Source: Eledone cirrhosa (taxonomy: Eukaryota). From it: a DNA stretch of 64,000 bases. Below the pieces are notes generated by a model that saw nothing but the letters and a program-made list of their open reading frames with translations, did not search any database and was not told the origin of the DNA. This document shows, piece after piece, positions 56,216 through 64,000 of the stretch; position 1 is the first letter of the stretch; every line of letters begins with the position of its first letter. Location: the NCBI GenBank assembly GCA_964016885.1, contig OZ024758.1, positions 29,698,001 through 29,762,000 of the forward strand. Direction: 5' to 3'. The translations under genes and the position numbers were made by a program.

Positions 56216-58799
56216 TTGGAAGTGATGTAAGTGTTTTTGTTGTTGCTATCATAAAATTATTAGAAGTCATGTAAGTCTTTTTGTTGTTGCTATCATAAAA
56301 TTATTGGAAGTCTTGTAAGTCTTTTTGTGGTTGTTAGAATAAAATTATTGAAGTCATGTAAGTGTTTTTGTTGTTGGTATCATAAAATTATTGGAAGTCA
56401 TGTCAGTCTTTTTGTTGTTGCTATCATAAAATTATTGGAAGTCATGTAAGTCTTTTTGTTGTTGCTATCATAAAATTATTGGAAGTCATGTAAGTCTTTT
56501 TGTTGTTGCTATCATAAAATTATTGGAAGTCATGTAAGTCTTTTTGTTGTTGCTATCATAAAATTATTGGAAGTAATATAAGTCTTTTTGTTGTTGCTAT
56601 CATAAAATTATTGGAAGTTATGTAAGTCTTTTTGTTGTTGCTATCATAAAATTATTGGAAGTAATATAAGTCTTTTTGTTGTTGCTATCATAAAATTATT
56701 GGAAGTCATATCAGTCTTTTTGTTGTTGCTATCATAAAATTATTGGAAATCATGTAAGTCTTTTTGTTGTTGCTATCATAAAATTATTGGAAGTCATGTA
56801 AGTCTTTTTGTTGTTGCTATCATAAAATTATTTGAAGTAATGTAAGTGATTTTGTTGTTGCTATCATAAAATTATTGGAAGTGATGTAAGTGTTTTTGTT
56901 GTTGCTATCATAAAATTATTAGAAGTCATGTAAGTCTTTTTGTTGTTGCTATCATAAAATTATTGGAAGTCATGTAAGTCTTTTTGTTGTTGCTATCATA
57001 AAATTATTGGAAGTCTTGTAAGTCTTTTTGTGGTTGTTATAATAAAATTATTGAAGTCATGTAAGTGTTTTTGTTGTTGGTATCATAAAATTATTGGAAG
57101 TCATGTAAGTCTTTTTGTTGTTGGTATCATAAAATTATTGGAAGTAATGTAAGTCTTTTTGTTGTTGCTATCATAAAATTATTGGAAGTCATGTAAGTGT
57201 TTTTGTTGTTGCTATCATAAAATTATTGGAAGTCATGTAAGTCTTTTTGTTGTTGCTATCATAAAATTATTGGAAGTCTTGTAAGTCTTTTTGTGGTTGT
57301 TATAATAAAATTATTGAAGTCATGTAAGTGTTTTTGTTGTTGGTATCATAAAATTATTGGAAGTCATGTAAGTCTTTTTGTTGTTGCTATCATAAAATTA
57401 TTGGAAGTAATGTAAGTCTTTTTGTTGTTGCTATCATAATATTATTGGAAGTCATGTAAGTCTTTTTGTTGTTGCTATCATAAAATTATTGGAAGTCATG
57501 TAAGTCTTTTTGTTGTTGCTATCATAAAATTATTGGAAGTAATGTAAGTTTTTTGTTGTTGCTATCATAAAATTATTGGAAGTCATGTCAGTCTTTTTGT
57601 TGTTGCTATCATAAAATTATTGGAAGTCATGTAAGTCATTTTGTTGTTGCTATCATAAAAATATTGGAAGTCACGTAAGTCTTTTTGTTGTTGCTATCAT
57701 AAAATTATTGGAAGTCATGTAAGTCTTTTTGTTGTTGCTATCATAAAATTATTGGAAGTCATGTAAGTCTTTTTGTTGTTGCTATCATAAAATTATTGGA
57801 AGTAATATAAGTCTTTTTGTTGTTGCTATCATAAAATTATTGGAAGTCATGTAAGTCTTTTTGTTGTTGCTATCATAAAATTATTGGAAGTAATATAAGT
57901 CTTTTTGTTGTTGCTATCATAAAATTATTGGAAGTCATATCAGTCTTTTTGTTGTTGCTATCATAAAATTATTGGAAATCATGTAAGTCTTTTTGTTGTT
58001 GCTATCATAAAATTATTGGATGTCATGTAAGACTTTTTGTTGTTGGTATCATAAAATTATTGGAAGTCATGTAAGTCTTTTTTTTGTTGGTATCATAAAA
58101 TTATTGGAAGTCATGTAAGTCTTTTTGTTGTTGGTATCATAAAATTATTGGAAGTCATGTAAGTCTTTTTGTTGTTGGTATCATAAAATTATTGGAAGTC
58201 ATGTAAGTGTTTTTGTTGCTATCATAAAATTTTTGGAAGTAATGTAAGTCTTTTTGTTGTTGCTATCATAAAATTATTGGAAGTCATGTAAGTCTTTTTG
58301 TTGTTGCTATCATAAAATTATTGGAAGCCATATCAGTCTTTTTGTTGTTGCTATCATAAAATTATTGGAAGTCATGTAAGTCTTTTTGTTGTTGCTATCA
58401 TAAAATTATTGGAAGCCATATCAGTCTTTTTGTTGTTGCTATCATAAAATTATTGGAAGTCATATCAGTCTTTTTGTTGTTGTTATCATAAAATTATTGG
58501 AATTCATGTAAGTCTTTTTGTTGTTGCTATCATAAAATTATTGGAAGTCATATCAGTGTTTTTGTTGTTGCTATCATAAAATTATTGGAAGTAATGTAAG
58601 TCTTTTTGATGTTGCTATCATAAAATTATTTTAAGTCATGTAAGTGTTTTTGTTGTTGCTATCATAAAATTATTGGAAGTAATATAAGTGTTTTTGTTGT
58701 TGCTATTATAAAATTATTGGAAGTCATGTAAGTGTTTTTGTTGTTGCTATCATAAAATTATTGGAAGTCATGTAAGTCTTTTTGTTGTTGCTATCATAA

Positions 58800-61700
58800 A
58801 ATTATTGGAAGTCATGTAAGTCTTTTTGTTGTTGCTATCATAAAATTATTGGAAGTCGTGTAAGTCTTTTTGTTGTTGCTATCATAAAATTATTGGAAGT
58901 CGTGTAAGTCTTTTTGTTGTTGCTATCATAAAATTATTGGAAGTCATGTAAGTCTTTTTGTTGTTGCTATCATAAAATTATTGGAAGTCATGTAAGTCTC
59001 TTTGTTGTTGCTATCATAAAATTATTGGAAGTCATGTAAGTCTTTTTGTTGTTGCTATCATAAAATTATTGGAAGTAATGTAAGTCTTTTTGTTGTTGCT
59101 ATCATAAAATTATTGGAAGTCATATCAGACTTTTTGTTGTTGCTATCATAAAATTATTGGAAATCATGTAAGTCTTTTTGTTGTTGCTATCATAAAATTA
59201 TTGGAAGTCATGTAAGTCTTTTTGTTGTTGCTATCATAAAATTATTGGAAGTAATGTAAGTCTTTTTGTTGTTGCTATCATAAAATTATTGGAAGTCATG
59301 TAAGTCTTTTTGTTGTTGGTATCATAAAATTATTGGAAGTCATGTAAGTCTTTTTGTTGTTGCTATCATAAAATTATTGGAAGTCATGTAAGTCTTTTTG
59401 TTGTTGGTATCATAAAATTATTGGAAGTCATGTAAGACTTTTTGTTGTGGGTATCATAAAATTATTGGAAGTCATGTAAGACTTTTTGTTGTTGCTATAA
59501 TGAAATTATTGGAAGTCATGTAAGTCTTTTTGTTGTTGGTATCATAAAATTATTGGAAGTCATGTAAGTCTTTTTGTTGTTGGTATCATAAAATTATTGG
59601 AAGTCATGTAAGTGTTTTTGTTGCTATCATAAAATTATTGGAGGTCATATAAGTCTTTTTGTTGTTGCTATCATAAAATTATTGGAAGTCATGTAAGTCT
59701 TTTTGTTGTTGCTATCATAAAATTATTGGAAGTCATGTAAGTCTTTTTGTTGTTGGTATCATAAAATTATTGGAAGTCATGTAAGTGTTTTTGTTGCTAT
59801 CATAAAATTATTGGAAGTGATGTAAGTGTTTTTGTTGTTGCTATCATAAAATTATTAGAAGTCATGTAAGTCTTTTTGTTGTTGCTATCATAAAATTATT
59901 GGAAGTCTTGTAAGTCTTTTTGTGGTTGTTAGAATAAAATTATTGAAGTCATGTAAGTGTTTTTGTTGTTGGTATCATAAAATTATTGGAAGTCATGTAA
60001 GTCTTTTTGTTGTTGGTATCATAAAATTATTGGAAGTAATGTAAGTCTTTTTGTTGTTGCTATCATAAAATTATTGGAAGTCATGTAAGTGTTTTTGTTG
60101 TTGCTATCATAAAATTATTGGAAGTCATGTAAGTCTTTTTGTTGTTGCTATCATAAAATTATTGGAAGTCTTGTAAGTCTTTTTGTGGTTGTTATAATAA
60201 AATTATTGAAGTCATGTAAGTGTTTTTGTTGTTGGTATCATAAAATTATTGGAAGTCATGTAAGTCTTTTTGTTGTTGCTATCATAAAATTATTGGAAGT
60301 AATGTAAGTCTTTTTGTTGTTGCTATCATAAAATTATTGGAAGTCATGTAAGTCTTTTTGTTGTTGCTATCATAAAATTATTGGAAGTCATGTAAGTCTT
60401 TTTGTTGTTGCTATCAAAAATTATTGGAAGTAATGTAAGTTTTTTGTTGTTGCTATCATAAAGTTATTGGAAGTCATGTCAGTCTTTTTGTTGTTGCTAT
60501 CATAAAATTATTGGAAGTCATGTAAGTCTTTTTGTTGTTGCTATCATAAAAATATTGGAAGTCACGTAAGTCTTTTTGTTGTTGCTATCATAAAATTATT
60601 GGAAGTCATGTAAGTCTTTTTGTTGTTGCTATCATAAAATTATTGGAAGTCATGTAAGTCTTTTTGTTGTTGCTATCATAAAATTATTGGAAGTCATGTA
60701 AGTCTTTTTGTTGTTGCTATCATAAAATTATTGGAAGTAATATAAGTCTTTTTGTTGTTGCTATCATAAAATTATTGGAAGTTATGTAAGTCTTTTTGTT
60801 GTTGCTATCATAAAATTATTGGAAGTAATATAAGTCTTTTTGTTGTTGCTATCATAAAATTATTGGAAGTCATATCAGTCTTTTTGTTGTTGCTATCATA
60901 AAATTATTGGAAATCATGTAAGTCTTTTTGTTGTTGCTATCATAAAATTATTGGAAGTCATGTAAGTCTTTTTGTTGTTGCTATCATAAAATTATTTGAA
61001 GTAATGTAAGTGATTTTGTTGTTGCTATCATAAAATTATTGGAAGTCATGTAAGTCTTTTTGTTGTTGGTATCATAAAATTATTGGAAGTTATGTAAGAC
61101 TTTTTGTTGTTGCTATCATGAAATTATTGGAAGTCATGTAAGTCTTTTTGTTGTTGGTATCATAAAATTATTGGAAGTCATGTAAGTCTTTTTGTTGTTG
61201 GTATCATAAAATTATTGGAAGTCATGTAAGTGTTTTTGTTGCTATCATAAAATTTTTTGAAGTAATGTAAGTCTTTTTGTTGTTGCTATCATAAAATTAT
61301 TGGAAGTCATGTAAGTTTTTTTGTTGTTGCTATCATAAAATTATTGGAAGTCATATCAGTCTTTTTGTTGTTGCTATCATAAAATTATTGGAAGTCATAT
61401 CAGTGTTTTTGTTGTTGCTATCATAAAATTATTGGAAGTAATGTAAGTCTTTTTGATGTTGCTATCATAAAATTATTGGAAGTCATGTAAGTGTTTTTGT
61501 TGTTGCTATCATAAAATTATTGGAAGTAATATAAGTGTTTTTGTTGTTGCTATTATAAAATTATTGGAAGTCATGTAAGTGTTTTTGTTGTTGCTATCAT
61601 AAAATTATTGGAAGTCATGTAAGTCTTTTTGTTGTTGCTATCATAAAATTATTGGAAGTCATGTAAGTCTTTTTGTTGTTGCTATCATAAAATTATTGGA

Positions 61701-64000
61701 AGTCGTGGAAGTCTTTTTGTTGTTGCTATCATAAAATTATTGGAAGTCGTGTAAGTCTTTTTGTTGTTGCTATCATAAAATTATTGGAAGTCATGTAAGT
61801 CTTTTTGTTGTTGCTATCATAAAATTATTGGAAGTAATGTAAGTCTTTTTGTTGTTGCTATCATAAAATTATTGGAAGTCGTGTAAGTCTTTTTGTTGTT
61901 GCTATTATAAAATTATTGGAAGTCATGTAAGTCTTTTTGTTGTTGCTATCATAAAATTATTGGAAGTAATATAAGTCTTTTTGTTGTTGCTATCATAAAA
62001 TTATTGGAAGTCATATCAGTCTTTTTGTTGTTGCTATCATAAAATTATTGGAAATCATGTAAGTCTTTTTGTTGTTGCTATCATAAAATTATTGGAAGTC
62101 ATGTAAGTCTTTTTGTTGTTGCTATCATAAAATTATTGGAAGTCGTGTAAGTCTTTTTGTTGTTGCTATCATAAAATTATTGGAAGTCGTGTAAGTCTTT
62201 TTGTTGTTGCTATCATAAAATTATTGGAAGTCATGTAAGTCTTTTTGTTGTTGCTATCATAAAATTATTGGAAGTCATGTAAGTCTCTTTGTTGTTGCTA
62301 TCATAAAATTATTGGAAGTCATGTAAGTCTTTTTGTTGTTGCTATCATAAAATTATTGGAAGTAATGTAAGTCTTTTTGTTGTTGCTATCATAAAATTAT
62401 TGGAAGTCATATCAGACTTTTTGTTGTTGCTATCATAAAATTATTGGAAATCATGTAAGTCTTTTTGTTGTTGCTATCATAAAATTATTGGAAGTCATGT
62501 AAGTCTTTTTGTTGTTGCTATCATAAAATTATTGGAAGTAATGTAAGTCTTTTTGTTGTTGCTATCATAAAATTATTGGAAGTCATGTAAGTCTTTTTGT
62601 TGTTGGTATCATAAAATTATTGGAAGTCATGTAAGTCTTTTTGTTGTTGCTATCATAAAATTATTGGAAGTCATGTAAGTCTTTTTGTTGTTGGTATCAT
62701 AAAATTATTGGAAGTCATGTAAGACTTTTTGTTGTGGGTATCATAAAATTATTGGAAGTCATGTAAGACTTTTTGTTGTTGCTATAATGAAATTATTGGA
62801 AGTCATGTAAGTCTTTTTGTTGTTGGTATCATAAAATTATTGGAAGTCATGTAAGTCTTTTTGTTGTTGGTATCATAAAATTATTGGAAGTCATGTAAGT
62901 GTTTTTGTTGCTATCATAAAATTATTGGAGGTCATATAAGTCTTTTTGTTGTTGCTATCATAAAATTATTGGAAGTCATGTAAGTCTTTTTGTTGTTGCT
63001 ATCATAAAATTATTGGAAGTCATGTAAGTCTTTTTGTTGTTGGTATCATAAAATTATTGGAAGTCATGTAAGTGTTTTTGTTGCTATCATAAAATTATTG
63101 GAAGTGATGTAAGTGTTTTTGTTGTTGCTATCATAAAATTATTAGAAGTCATGTAAGTCTTTTTGTTGTTGCTATCATAAAATTATTGGAAGTCTTGTAA
63201 GTCTTTTTGTGGTTGTTAGAATAAAATTATTGAAGTCATGTAAGTGTTTTTGTTGTTGGTATCATAAAATTATTGGAAGTCATGTAAGTCTTTTTGTTGT
63301 TGGTATCATAAAATTATTGGAAGTAATGTAAGTCTTTTTGTTGTTGCTATCATAAAATTATTGGAAGTCATGTAAGTGTTTTTGTTGTTGCTATCATAAA
63401 ATTATTGGAAGTCATGTAAGTCTTTTTGTTGTTGCTATCATAAAATTATTGGAAGTCTTGTAAGTCTTTTTGTGGTTGTTATAATAAAATTATTGAAGTC
63501 ATGTAAGTGTTTTTGTTGTTGGTATCATAAAATTATTGGAAGTCATGTAAGTCTTTTTGTTGTTGCTATCATAAAATTATTGGAAGTAATGTAAGTCTTT
63601 TTGTTGTTGCTATCATAAAATTATTGGAAGTCATGTAAGTCTTTTTGTTGTTGCTATCATAAAATTATTGGAAGTCATGTAAGTCTTTTTGTTGTTGCTA
63701 TCATAAAATTATTGGAAGTAATGTAAGTTTTTTGTTGTTGCTATCATAAAGTTATTGGAAGTCATGTCAGTCTTTTTGTTGTTGCTATCATAAAATTATT
63801 GGAAGTCATGTAAGTCTTTTTGTTGTTGCTATCATAAAAATATTGGAAGTCACGTAAGTCTTTTTGTTGTTGCTATCATAAAATTATTGGAAGTCATGTA
63901 AGTCTTTTTGTTGTTGCTATCATAAAATTATTGGAAGTCATGTAAGTCTTTTTGTTGTTGCTATCATAAAATTATTGGAAGTCATGTAAGTCTTTTTGTT
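58800..64000. repeat. Duplication with a ~75-monomer period (3287 bp): ~58800-60720 recurs at ~62090-64000
   Basis: GTGGGT 59447/62734, AGAATAAAA 59931/63218, AAAGTTATT (G at 60463/63751). Confidence 0.87.

Larger units (their letters stand above)
1..64000. repeat. 44-bp tandem satellite array, ~1,450 head-to-tail monomers, truncated by both window edges
   Basis: Consensus GTAAGTCTTTTTGTTGTTGCTATCATAAAATTATTGGAAGTCAT (T20 A12 G8 C4) recurs continuously in one orientation. Most monomers differ by 0-2 bases. Length variants of 41, 42, 43 and 45 bp occur. No non-satellite sequence was seen. Confidence 0.99.

Noticed and set aside
1-64000. CRISPR array
   Set aside because: The repeats are directly adjacent with no unique spacers, and there is no leader or cas gene. 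Variation is limited to point changes in a single monomer.
1-64000. Long repetitive protein-coding gene
   Set aside because: The period of 44 is not a multiple of 3 and the consensus hits stops on both strands. The longest open stretches are about 35 codons on + (NYWKSCKSFCCCYHKIIGSHVSLFVVAIIKLLEVM*, no start codon) and about 25 on -.
1-64000. Telomeric repeat array
   Set aside because: The G/T strand skew is suggestive, but there is no TTAGG/TTAGGG-type unit, and kb-scale blocks of inherited variants indicate recombinational amplification, not telomerase templating. A subtelomeric location cannot be excluded.
1-64000. Rolling-circle, concatemer or sequencing artefact
   Set aside because: Rare variants recur in exact, ordered, nested blocks with private differences, which random error or a single-template concatemer would not produce. 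Local misassembly of individual blocks remains possible.
1-64000. Embedded transposon, tRNA/rRNA/snRNA array or inversion
   Set aside because: I saw no non-satellite segment and no reverse-orientation monomer. The monomer has no strong hairpin or recognisable structured-RNA motif.
1-64000. Variant order as an information-bearing code or diversity-generating cassette system
   Set aside because: The pattern is adequately explained by point mutation plus in-register duplication and deletion. No recombinase, reverse transcriptase or expression locus is present in the window.

Overview
The whole 64 kb window is one uninterrupted, single-orientation tandem array of a 44-bp AT-rich monomer (consensus GTAAGTCTTTTTGTTGTTGCTATCATAAAATTATTGGAAGTCAT; 12/44 = 27% GC; about 1,450 copies by length). 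It runs off both ends of the window. It looks like eukaryotic satellite DNA, possibly centromeric or heterochromatic, but neither organism nor function can be determined from the sequence. I saw no genes, RNA genes, transposon insertions, inversions or unique spacers. The information is in the rare monomer variants. They recur in a conserved order (a loose ~2 kb higher-order unit) and mark nested duplications with offsets from 0.26 kb to ~22 kb, plus a turnover of variant sets between the left and right parts at about 33-38 kb. Offsets were read by eye from marker variants and block boundaries are approximate. I found no convincing novel gene system; the functional ideas below (U1 sites, poly(A) signal, micro-ORF) are speculative.
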